The notes under the pieces: generated by a model
The model's input: only the letters and a program-made list of their open reading frames with translations
Databases searched by the model: none
What the model was told of the DNA's origin: nothing
Translations under genes and position numbers: made by a program
DNA from: Candidatus Latescibacterota bacterium
GTDB lineage: Bacteria > Latescibacterota > UBA2968
Direction: 5' to 3'
NCBI GenBank assembly: GCA_965205975.1
Contig: OZ242195.1
Coordinates: 4,320,001 to 4,384,000 of the forward strand
DNA length: 64,000 nucleotides
Shown here: piece by piece, positions 9,735 through 20,656 of the stretch
How the letters are laid out: every line of letters starts with the position of its first letter
How positions within the stretch are numbered: the stretch's first letter is position 1

Positions 9735-10694
9735 TCATAAAAGGGTGAGTTGTTTCGCGGGGAGTTCCGGGCGTTTTCGTTGTATCATAGCTTCCTGCAT
9801 TTTCTCTGCAATCGCGCGAATCACGGGAATTGCCACGCTATTTCCGGTCTGCTTACGAAGTTGTGTGATATTTACGACGATCTCAAAATCTTCGGGAAAG
9901 CCCTGTAGTCGCAAGAGTTCTCGCCCTGAAAGACGCCGAATGCCATTGACCAAAAGATAGTTATAAGATGCGCCAGCTCGCAAAGCACATGAGAATGGCA
10001 ATACTGATATATTACCACCTTTATTCTCATGCCAGATAGAGGGGAAAAATGGCTCAATTTTGCATTTGCTAAAACGCGATTTTCGGATTCTCTCCGATGC
10101 AAATAGACTGGAATCTACTTCGCTATCTGGCTCGATAATCTCTGATAGGGGCTTATAAGTTCCGTTTCCGGTTGGAAAAGTGAATGCGATGGGGTCTCGA
10201 AATCCGACAATAAAAATCCGTTCTCTCTTTTGAGGCACCCCGAAATCGAGTGCGTTCAAAATTTTATGGTATATGGTGTACCCCAGTGCTTGAAGATGAT
10301 CGCATATCACCCGAAAGGTTCTTCCACTATCGTGGCTCACCAACTGCCTCACATTTTCAAGAAGAAATGCCTGTGGTTGCTTTGCTCTTAAAATCCGTTC
10401 TATATCAAAGAACAACGTGCCTCGCGTATCTTCAAACCCCTGTTTGTTGCCGATAATGCTAAACGGTTGGCAGGGGAAGCCCGCGAGTAAAATATCGTGT
10501 TCCGGAATTGCAGCTTCGTCAATTTTCGTAATGTCGCCCGCTGGCATTTCACCAAAGTTGTGATAATAGGTCTGTCGCGCTGGTTCGTCCCACTCAGAAC
10601 TAAACACACACAGACCGCCTGATTCTTCAAACGGAATACGCATCCCGCCAATACCAGCAAACAAATCAATAAATGTCCAATTATGCGTATTCAT
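9735..10694 (-). CDS. DNA (cytosine-5)-methyltransferase
   Basis: Motifs I FAGIGG, IV GFPCQPFS, VI ENV, VIII QKRERIFIVG, X GNSV. Confidence 0.96.
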   Translation of the reverse strand: MNTHNWTFIDLFAGIGGMRIPFEESGGLCVFSSEWDEPARQTYYHNFGEMPAGDITKIDEAAIPEHDILLAGFPCQPFSIIGNKQGFEDTRGTLFFDIERILRAKQPQAFLLENVRQLVSHDSGRTFRVICDHLQALGYTIYHKILNALDFGVPQKRERIFIVGFRDPIAFTFPTGNGTYKPLSEIIEPDSEVDSSLFASERIRKSRFSKCKIEPFFPSIWHENKGGNISVLPFSCALRAGASYNYLLVNGIRRLSGRELLRLQGFPEDFEIVVNITQLRKQTGNSVAIPVIRAIAEKMQEAMIQRKRPELPAKQLTLL

Positions 10695-10752
10695 TCTCTG
10701 GATTATTCTCCTCTAAGGTCGTATTTCGAATAATTATAGTGACCTTTTGTGC

Positions 10753-10781
10753 AATATAGCCCAAATCCAAAAGGGTGTCAA
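10753..10781 (-). promoter_or_regulatory. sigma-70 type promoter of the R-M operon
   Basis: Minus strand TTGACA-17 bp-TATATT, about 60 bp upstream of the MTase ATG. Confidence 0.75.
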
Positions 10782-10870
10782 CGAGCCGGATTAAATTATG
10801 TCCTGCGTAGCACAACGAAGTATTTTAAGCAAAAAAGAACGAGTCAAAAAGACTCGCTCTTTTCATTTTA
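10768..10870. repeat. ~100-bp direct repeat, copy 2 (terminator hairpin plus -35 box)
   Basis: Aligns with 8499-8602. Confidence 0.9.
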
Positions 10871-10880
10871 GAGAAATAGA

Positions 10881-10914
10881 AAACAACCCAGGAACTGACC
10901 CCCTGGGCTGTTTA
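10881..10914 (-). terminator. intrinsic terminator-like hairpin
   Basis: aaacaacccagg...cctgggctgttt just downstream of the stop at 10933. Confidence 0.6.
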
Positions 10915-10932
10915 TTGTGTCATACCATACTC

Positions 10933-12324
10933 CTAACCCACGGGTTTGCCAAAGGCACTGGCAAATATCAGAAAGTCTGAGAATACGACCGCACCATCCC
11001 CGTCTAAATCTGCCGCGGGATTGTATCCTATTCCCCCTTCAATTGTGCCAAAGGCAGAAGTAAAAAGTAGAAAATCAGAGAAATCGACATCACCATCACC
11101 ATCTATATCACCATTCCGTGCTAGAGGCGATTCATGGCGGATTACTATAAAGGCCTGGAACATCGTTTCAGAAGTGTATGTTCCCAGGAGAGAAACGGTA
11201 TCTCCTACCATCAGGTCGGTAATAGGAAAAATGATTCGTGCGAAATCATCAGAATTGAACAAAAAGATCTTGAGGATCTCCTCAGCACTTATTTGGCCTG
11301 GGGAAACTGTTAGGGCCTCTGAAGCATCTATCTGTATTTGTTGGTTGACAGGTTGAATGACAAACGATTTTGTTTCAGCATTGACACTTTGAACAGTGAC
11401 CTCCAGAATTTCAGAAATCTGTGGCTCTGGATCCCGCGGTACTATCTGTAACATCATTTGTAAATCTGTTACACTTTTGCCACCAATGACATGAACAAAT
11501 TCGGTAGAATCGACCTCACCTGTCGTAAGATTGATTCCTCTGGGCGTAAGTGACTGAAATCTATTTCCCACTGAATTGAGCAGGTCCGCTCCCATTATCA
11601 TAGCATAAGCGCCATCAGGGACATGTTTTATCTCAAACATCTGTTGTTCATTGAAATCGGCAATGCGAACCATAGATAATAGAATCAGATCATCGAATTC
11701 TTGATAGTATGGGAAAGCTTTCACAAATCGCTCAGGGTCAATAATTGCGGCCCCGCCTGAGCGTGAATCCCTATTCATTGTAAAACCATCAGGTAAGGTG
11801 CCTACACCGGAAATAACAGCATCTGGCAGTTCTGAAGTCCCAAAGAAATATTGCTGCTGTTCATCAATAGGGTCTGGATCCGACTCACCAATAAGGACCT
11901 GGTAGCTCATACTGTCAGGCAAATTGATAGTCCCTGTTAATGTAAAGCTATCCGTACTGGCTGATAGGTCAGGAGCAGTTAGAACTTCTACAATCAGATC
12001 AGGAGGATAGGAAATAAAATCTCGGTCAATATCAAAGTACTTAGTGATAGTTGCTATAGCAATGCTGTCGCCATCGAAATAGGGCAAAGTTTCAGGTTCT
12101 CTCAATTCGTTAAAAGTTACGACTGGTTTATTCATTGTGATTTCAAATCTCTGCATCCCACTCGGCACGGGGGGATTCTTCACATCTTCCTGGAGTGTTA
12201 CGCCACCGATCACAAATGAGGTTACAGCTGTCTCAACTACCTGTCCCCATATAGGGCTTCCCATCACACCAGTTATTGCTACCACGAGGATCCTGCGAAT
12301 ATATGTTGACATGACAGAGTCCAT
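10933..12324 (-). CDS. secreted acidic protein with C-terminal EF-hand/dockerin-like repeat
   Basis: GGAGG RBS, signal peptide, C-terminal DIDGDGDVDFSDFLLF and DLDGDGAVVFSDFLIF. Confidence 0.8.
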   Translation of the reverse strand: MDSVMSTYIRRILVVAITGVMGSPIWGQVVETAVTSFVIGGVTLQEDVKNPPVPSGMQRFEITMNKPVVTFNELREPETLPYFDGDSIAIATITKYFDIDRDFISYPPDLIVEVLTAPDLSASTDSFTLTGTINLPDSMSYQVLIGESDPDPIDEQQQYFFGTSELPDAVISGVGTLPDGFTMNRDSRSGGAAIIDPERFVKAFPYYQEFDDLILLSMVRIADFNEQQMFEIKHVPDGAYAMIMGADLLNSVGNRFQSLTPRGINLTTGEVDSTEFVHVIGGKSVTDLQMMLQIVPRDPEPQISEILEVTVQSVNAETKSFVIQPVNQQIQIDASEALTVSPGQISAEEILKIFLFNSDDFARIIFPITDLMVGDTVSLLGTYTSETMFQAFIVIRHESPLARNGDIDGDGDVDFSDFLLFTSAFGTIEGGIGYNPAADLDGDGAVVFSDFLIFASAFGKPVG

Positions 12325-12423
12325 TTTAACCTCCCGTTCTTCGCCCATAAGGAAAACCGAGGCCGACACAGGCGGAGATCGCCCGATTTGTCAGATAGAT
12401 TGTCTCATTTCTGTTTCTTCAAT

Positions 12424-13449
12424 TTATTTCACATTGTGATAGTCCCTGTACCAGGCGACAAAATTTGCAAGTCCCCTTTCTATGGGCGTTGTGGGATTGT
12501 AGCCGACATCTCGCATCAGGTCCGAGACATCTGCTGCATTGTCCTGTACATCTCCAGGCTGCATGGGCAAATCTTTTCGGATGGCTTTTTTGCCCAGCAA
12601 GTCCTCTAATAGTGAGAGAAAATACTCCAGTTCTATGACATTCGGATTGCCGATATTGTAAATCCGATAAGGGCTGGAACTGGATCCCGGATCGGGACAT
12701 TGTCCCGTCCATTCGGGGTCTGGCACTGCGGGATTTGACAAGACGCGAGTGACCCCTTCGACAATGTCGCTGACGTACGTAAAGCTGCGGCGCATTTTCC
12801 CGTGATTATAGACTTTGATGGGTCGATTTTCCAAAATGGCTCTGGTCCACAAGTAGGCGACAAAATCCGGACGTCCCCAGGGTCCATAGACAGAGAAGAA
12901 GCGCAATCCCGTGGTCGGAATGCCGTATAGATGGCTATACACATGCGCCATTAGTTCATCTGATTTTTTTGTCGCGGCGTACAGGCTGATCGGATGATCG
13001 ACGTTTTGACGGACGCCATGAGGCGTGGTGGCGTTCAAGCCATAAACAGAACTGGAGGATGCATAGACCAGATGTTCGATGCCGCAATGGCGACATCCTT
13101 CCAGGATGTTGAGGAAGCCCAGGACATTGCTTTTGACAAAGGCCTGGGGATTTCTCAGGCTGTAAGGCATACCCGCCTGACCTGCGAGATTGATGACATG
13201 AGAAAAGTTCTCTGCGCGGAAGAGGTTTGCTATTCCCGCTTCGTCCTCGAGGTGCATGCGGATAAATTTGAATCCGCTTTCACGCTTCAGGATAGATAGG
13301 CGGTCTTCTTTGAGTTGGGTGTTGTAATAGTCGTTTACATTGTCCAATCCGACTACCGAATGACCCATTTCGAGCAGTCGTCTGGAGAGGTGAAATCCAA
13401 TAAATCCCGCAGCACCTGTTACGAGTACGTGTCGCGCAACATCAGTCAT
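12424..13449 (-). CDS. NAD-dependent epimerase (UDP-glucuronate 4-epimerase-like)
   Basis: VTGAAGFIG, YASSSSVYG, SLYAATKK (YxxxK), VYGPWGRPD, PMQPGDV. Confidence 0.92.
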   Translation of the reverse strand: MTDVARHVLVTGAAGFIGFHLSRRLLEMGHSVVGLDNVNDYYNTQLKEDRLSILKRESGFKFIRMHLEDEAGIANLFRAENFSHVINLAGQAGMPYSLRNPQAFVKSNVLGFLNILEGCRHCGIEHLVYASSSSVYGLNATTPHGVRQNVDHPISLYAATKKSDELMAHVYSHLYGIPTTGLRFFSVYGPWGRPDFVAYLWTRAILENRPIKVYNHGKMRRSFTYVSDIVEGVTRVLSNPAVPDPEWTGQCPDPGSSSSPYRIYNIGNPNVIELEYFLSLLEDLLGKKAIRKDLPMQPGDVQDNAADVSDLMRDVGYNPTTPIERGLANFVAWYRDYHNVK

Positions 13450-13523
13450 GTTTAATTTTTATCCTTTCAATCGCTGTGAATGTATAGATTTGGGATTTAT
13501 ATAAAAAAAATAATCATCCTGTG

Positions 13524-13558
13524 AAAAAAAAGCACGCTCTAAACAGAGCGTGCTTTTT
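13524..13558 (-). terminator. intrinsic terminator of the atp operon
   Basis: aaaaaaaagcacgctct-aaac-agagcgtgcttttt, 20 bp past the atpC stop. Confidence 0.85.
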
Positions 13559-13578
13559 CATTCCTATTTATAGAAATA

Positions 13579-13983
13579 TTACTCGGTTCCAGATACACGC
13601 AACCGCATAAACGACCGTGCCAGTGCATTTTGTGCGCGTTCTACATCTACGTCTGGCGTGCGATTGTTCAATCGCTCTTGTGCGCGGTCTCGCGCGGCGA
13701 GCGCGCGTTCTATGTCGATCTCATCGCCAAATTCGGCTGCTTCTGCGAGGATGGTTGCACCATCACCCGATACATTGGCGAAGCCGCCGCTGATGGCGAG
13801 GGTGCGCTCGGTGCCGTCTGCTTCTCGGAAGCCGACCTGACCGATGCCCAGTGCGGCCAGCATGGGTTGGTGGCGCGCCAATACGCCAAAGCTGCCGTCA
13901 ACGCCCGGCGCTTGAAAATGCTCAATTTCACCGGAGTACACGGTTTTTTCAGGTGTTACGATGTCTAATTGAAAAGAGGCCAT
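13579..13983 (-). CDS. atpC: ATP synthase F1 epsilon subunit
   Basis: LDIVTPEK, GSFGVLARHQP, ISGGF, ILAEAAE; operon position. Confidence 0.95.
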   Translation of the reverse strand: MASFQLDIVTPEKTVYSGEIEHFQAPGVDGSFGVLARHQPMLAALGIGQVGFREADGTERTLAISGGFANVSGDGATILAEAAEFGDEIDIERALAARDRAQERLNNRTPDVDVERAQNALARSFMRLRVSGTE

Positions 13984-13986
13984 TTT

Positions 13987-16223
<2,237 letters not shown>

Positions 16224-16240
16224 ATCCGGTCCTTTGTCGC

Positions 16241-16311
16241 GGGCGACCACAGGGGGTCGCCCCTACATGCAATGGTCGTATCCGTGTAGGGGACGGCCCC
16301 TGTGCCGTCCC
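16241..16311. repeat. GTAG-type REP doublet between atpA and atpG
   Basis: Reverse complement of GTAGGGGCGACCCCCTGTGGTCGCCC plus GTAGGGGACGGCCCCTGTGCCGTCCC; the same pair recurs at 58205-58264. Confidence 0.88.
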
Positions 16312-16316
16312 AGTTT

Positions 16317-17834
16317 TTATACCGAAACGCGGAAGCCGCGCTTGAAGTTCTCAATTATTTCTGTGAGTTTTTCGGCATTTTCGTCGCTCAGATCTTCGCT
16401 TTCGCGGATTTCTTCCATCAACTCACTGTGGCCTATGTGCGCCAGCAATTCTCGCTCAAAGCGACGCACGTCTTCGGTGGGCAAATCACCGACCAGATTG
16501 GCGGCAAAAAGTGCCACGGTTTGTTCTTGTAGGGACATCGGCGAGTATTGATCTTGCTTGAGGACATCGATTAACTTCTCGCCGTGGTTCAACAAATTCT
16601 GAGTTGAGGCATCCAGGCCTTCTGTGCCGAACATTGCAAAGGCTTTGACTTCGTTGTAGCGCGAGATATCGGCTTTGATGGTTCTGGCAACGGCCTTCAT
16701 CGCGCCCGTCTGTGCCGAACTGCCCACGCGCGATACAGACGCGCCCACATCCATGGCGGGGCGGATACCCGCGTAGAACAATTCGGGTTTGAGCAGGATT
16801 TGCCCATCGGTAATTGATATTACATTGGTGGGCACAAAGGTGGATACATCGCCTTCCAGAATTTCAATGACGGGCAATGCGGTGAGCGAGCCCGCGCCCT
16901 GTTCGTCACTCATTTTGGCGGCGCGCTCGAGCAGGCGCGAGTGCAAATAAAATACGTCGCCGGGATAGGCTTCGCGGCCCGGCGGGCGGCGCAATACCAG
17001 TGACATCTCGCGATAAGCCCACGCCTGTTTGGACAGGTCGTCGTAAATGATCAGCGCGTGTTCGCCCTTGTCGCGGAAATACTCGCCCATTGAGCAACCC
17101 GAATAAGGCGCCAGGAATTGAAGCGGGGCGGGTTCACTGGCTGTAGCCGATACGACAGTGGTGTATTCCATTGCGCCATTGGCTTCCAGTTCAGCCACGA
17201 CTTTGGCGACTGTCGAAGCTTTCTGTCCAATGGCTACATAGAAGCACTTTACATCGCTGTTTTTCTGGTTGATGATGGTATCGACGCCAATCGCTGTCTT
17301 GCCCGTTTGTCGATCGCCGATGATCAATTCGCGCTGCCCCCGCCCGATTGGCACGGTTGAGTCGATTACTTTTAATCCGGTCATCAAGGCTTCGGTTACG
17401 GGCTGCCGATCAATGACGCCGGGTGCCTTGCGTTCAATGGGGAGTGTCGCTTCGGCGTTGATTGGGCCTTTGCCGTCAATCGGCATGCCGAGTGGATTTA
17501 CCACGCGACCGAGGAGGGCTTCACCCACGGGCACTTCGGCAATGCGTCCGGTGCGTTTGGCCTCGTCGCCTTCGCGGATCAATGTGTCATCGCCAAATAA
17601 TACACAGCCCACGTTGTCTTCTTCGAGGTTGAGTGCCATGCCCATAATCCCGTTGGGAAATTCGACCAGTTCGCTGGTCTGCACATTGCCCAGCCCCTGT
17701 ACGCGGGCCACGCCATCGCCCACCTGCTGTACGGTGCCGCTTTCATAGACGTCTATTTCAGTCCTGGAATCCAGGATTTGCTGTTTGAGCAGTGCCGAAA
17801 TTTCGTCGGGGCGAATCTGTAAATTCGTCGCCAT
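16317..17834 (-). CDS. atpA: ATP synthase F1 alpha subunit
   Basis: [53 protein letters not shown]. Confidence 0.98.
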   Translation of the reverse strand: MATNLQIRPDEISALLKQQILDSRTEIDVYESGTVQQVGDGVARVQGLGNVQTSELVEFPNGIMGMALNLEEDNVGCVLFGDDTLIREGDEAKRTGRIAEVPVGEALLGRVVNPLGMPIDGKGPINAEATLPIERKAPGVIDRQPVTEALMTGLKVIDSTVPIGRGQRELIIGDRQTGKTAIGVDTIINQKNSDVKCFYVAIGQKASTVAKVVAELEANGAMEYTTVVSATASEPAPLQFLAPYSGCSMGEYFRDKGEHALIIYDDLSKQAWAYREMSLVLRRPPGREAYPGDVFYLHSRLLERAAKMSDEQGAGSLTALPVIEILEGDVSTFVPTNVISITDGQILLKPELFYAGIRPAMDVGASVSRVGSSAQTGAMKAVARTIKADISRYNEVKAFAMFGTEGLDASTQNLLNHGEKLIDVLKQDQYSPMSLQEQTVALFAANLVGDLPTEDVRRFERELLAHIGHSELMEEIRESEDLSDENAEKLTEIIENFKRGFRVSV

Positions 17835-17852
17835 GTTCTGCCTACCTTACTT

Positions 17853-18392
17853 TTAATCAGACACGAGGCGTTGTCGCAACCGATTGAGTTGCGTCGCCAG
17901 TGTGCCATCAAATACACGGTCACCGAGCCGCACCATAAACCCGGCCTTTAATTGTTTGTCTATTGTCGTTTCCAATCGCACTTGCTTGCCAGAATAGGTC
18001 GAGAGTTTTGCAATTAATTGCGTTTCCTGCTCAGAGGACAGGGGGGCAGCAACCGTCACCTGCGCTGTGGCCTGACCGCGCCGGTCTTCCAATACGGATA
18101 GGAAATCCGATAACAATTCGGGCAATACGCGCTCGCGGCGATTATCGCACAGTAAGAGCAAAAATCTGAGGGTTATATCCTCTACTTTTCCGGCGAGCAA
18201 ATTGTTCAATACCGCGCGCTTTTGTTCAGATCGCATCATCGGGTCTGCGACAAATCCCCGCAGGTCTTCCGAGGCGTGCAATAGGTCCAATAATGCCTGC
18301 ACATCGGCTTCAACCTGATCCAAGACCCCGCTGTCTTGCGCGGCATCGATTAATGCGCTGGTATATCGGATGGAAACGGCTGACTGGCTCAC
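17853..18392 (-). CDS. atpH: ATP synthase F1 delta subunit
   Basis: RYTSAL, C-terminal GFMVRLGDRVFDGT; operon position. Confidence 0.92.
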   Translation of the reverse strand: MSQSAVSIRYTSALIDAAQDSGVLDQVEADVQALLDLLHASEDLRGFVADPMMRSEQKRAVLNNLLAGKVEDITLRFLLLLCDNRRERVLPELLSDFLSVLEDRRGQATAQVTVAAPLSSEQETQLIAKLSTYSGKQVRLETTIDKQLKAGFMVRLGDRVFDGTLATQLNRLRQRLVSD

Positions 18393-18406
18393 AAAAAACT
18401 CCGAAC

Positions 18407-18901
18407 TCAGGAATGTTCTGGCATGCGGTTGATGAAATCATCTACTATTTTTTTGTTGTGCTCATCGTCCAAATTTTCCTCCAGCAATTGTCCCGCAGCG
18501 AGAATAGCCAGTTCGGCTGTTTGCTGACGCAATGTCTGGAGAGCCTGATTGCGCTCTTGTTGTATGGTGCGACGCGCCTGTTCGAGAAGCTGTTGGGCGT
18601 CGGCTTCGGCGCGTTCTTGCACGTCCCGAGCGACCAGTTCGGCGTCTTCGCGCGCTTTGTTAATCGCAGCCTGAGCTTCTGCCTGCGCCTGTGCGAGTGC
18701 CTGTTTGTTCTCTTCGGCGGATCTTTCGGCTGCGGCACGCGCTTTATCGGCTTGCTCGAGTGCTTCGCGGATGCGCGTTTCTCGCTGGTCAAGTGCCGAT
18801 AATAACGGTCCCCAAACAAATTTTTTCAAAACGAGCAATACGAGCACAAATGTGATGAGCGTCCAGATAATCAAGCCGGGGTTTGGACTCAACAAATCCA
18901 T
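18407..18901 (-). CDS. atpF: ATP synthase Fo b subunit
   Basis: [13 protein letters not shown]...LKKFVWGP, coiled coil. Confidence 0.95.
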   Translation of the reverse strand: MDLLSPNPGLIIWTLITFVLVLLVLKKFVWGPLLSALDQRETRIREALEQADKARAAAERSAEENKQALAQAQAEAQAAINKAREDAELVARDVQERAEADAQQLLEQARRTIQQERNQALQTLRQQTAELAILAAGQLLEENLDDEHNKKIVDDFINRMPEHS

Positions 18902-18939
18902 TGTTATGTCTCTCTTTCACCCGCTCTGCGGGCGGTCGT

Positions 18940-19203
<264 letters not shown>

Positions 19204-20001
19204 TCAATGCTCCTGATGAATACACAGGCCCACAAACAGGGCGGTCAGGAGCGTGAATACATAAGCTTGAAGAAAACCTATGAAAATTTCCAACAAGTAC
19301 ATTGCCAGTGTAAAGGCAATGGAAATGGGGGCGACAAAATATCCGAGAAGAAAAATAATGCCGATCAAAGACAATATTACGACGTGACCAGCCAGCATAT
19401 TGGCAAAGAGTCGAATGCACAGTGCAAATGGTTTGGTCAAGAGGCCCAAAAATTCCAGCGGGATCATGAGCGGTAGCAATGCAATGGGCAAATTGGGAGG
19501 GATCAAGCCTTTGAAAAAGCCGAATAAGCCGTTGTGTTTGATCCCGGCTCCGAGCATCATTGCAAACGAGATGCCCGCCAGTGTAGCCGTGACGTTGATA
19601 TTGCCCGTTGCGGTTTGTCCAAAGGGTATTAATCCCAATAGATTGCAGACGAGGATAAAGAAAAAGACTGTCATTAAGAACGGCATGTATTTCGGTCCGT
19701 CCCGTTCTCCCAAGTTGGGCCGGGCGATGTCGTCGCGGATAAATATGGCGATGGCTTCAATTGCATTGGCAAAGCCCGATGGTATGAGTCCGCGTCGTTT
19801 TGTGGAAATAATCAGGGTGAGAATGAGTAATAGAGAGGCGACCCACATCATGACCAGATGGCTGGTGATGGACATATCAACGCCAAAAAGTTCAATATGG
19901 GGAAGGGGAATATGGAGTGGACCGAGGTGTAACTCGTGATGGTCTGTGATATGCTCGAGGATGAAACTGCCGCTGCTTTGCTCCTCTGCCTGTGCTGCCA
20001 T
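19204..20001 (-). CDS. atpB: ATP synthase Fo a subunit
   Basis: NLLGLIP, TATGNINVT, KPFALCIRLFANMLAGH, LQAYVFTLL. Confidence 0.97.
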   Translation of the reverse strand: MAAQAEEQSSGSFILEHITDHHELHLGPLHIPLPHIELFGVDMSITSHLVMMWVASLLLILTLIISTKRRGLIPSGFANAIEAIAIFIRDDIARPNLGERDGPKYMPFLMTVFFFILVCNLLGLIPFGQTATGNINVTATLAGISFAMMLGAGIKHNGLFGFFKGLIPPNLPIALLPLMIPLEFLGLLTKPFALCIRLFANMLAGHVVILSLIGIIFLLGYFVAPISIAFTLAMYLLEIFIGFLQAYVFTLLTALFVGLCIHQEH

Positions 20002-20004
20002 CCG

Positions 20005-20394
20005 TCAGACTCCTGAATTATTGGCTTTGTCGGGCGGGCGCCCGACGAAGAACCGAATTTCTAAAATCTGAAACACTACGTAAAATAAAAATAGTGAAAG
20101 AGTCAAGCTAAAAACGTGAAGTTTAACTAATTTTAGTGCGACAAAAAAGAAAATCAGTACAATAATTAGGCGTATCCCCATTCCGCCGAATACGACGGTC
20201 ATAAATGTGCGGTTATCCCGGCGCATGCCCCACATTGCGAGCCACGCACCAGCGAGTGCATTTAGCGTGCATATCGCACACCCAACGCCTGCGGAAATGA
20301 GGACACTTGTTCCATTCCAGAGGTAGAGTGGGTAGCCTCCGAGGACCCACGCGACCAATAAGACTATGGCAATTTGTTTGACAAAAGATCTCAC
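20005..20394 (-). CDS. atpI: ATP synthase protein I-like 4-TM protein
   Basis: Four hydrophobic segments, directly upstream of atpB. Confidence 0.7.
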   Translation of the reverse strand: MRSFVKQIAIVLLVAWVLGGYPLYLWNGTSVLISAGVGCAICTLNALAGAWLAMWGMRRDNRTFMTVVFGGMGIRLIIVLIFFFVALKLVKLHVFSLTLSLFLFYVVFQILEIRFFVGRPPDKANNSGV

Positions 20395-20645
20395 GTATCT
20401 TCCTCCGATTTGCGGTCCATTTTTAAGACGACTTTAAAGAAGTGGTAAAATCCCGCGGCAATGCCTACCAGACTACCAATCAGGATAAATATGGGCGATG
20501 TGTCGAATTTGCCATCTGCCCAATGTCCCGCAAATACACATAGCAAAATTGTGGTGATAAATTGAATGCCCAGGGTCAGATAGGGTCCGACACTGCGATA
20601 GGCCTGGCCGAGTGATGAGGGTTTGTGAGTCTTGGGGTCTTTCAT
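20391..20645 (-). CDS. AtpZ/AtpI family small membrane protein
   Basis: GHWADGKFDTSPIFILIGSLVGIAAGF typical of AtpZ; start at ATG 20645 inside a longer ORF call. Confidence 0.8.
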   Translation of the reverse strand: MKDPKTHKPSSLGQAYRSVGPYLTLGIQFITTILLCVFAGHWADGKFDTSPIFILIGSLVGIAAGFYHFFKVVLKMDRKSEEDT

Positions 20646-20656
20646 TTTGGATGCCT

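Noticed and set aside
8499..13570. Integron with attC sites
   Set aside because: No integrase and no RYYYAAC/GTTRRRY-bounded attC structure recognised; repeats are terminator-like
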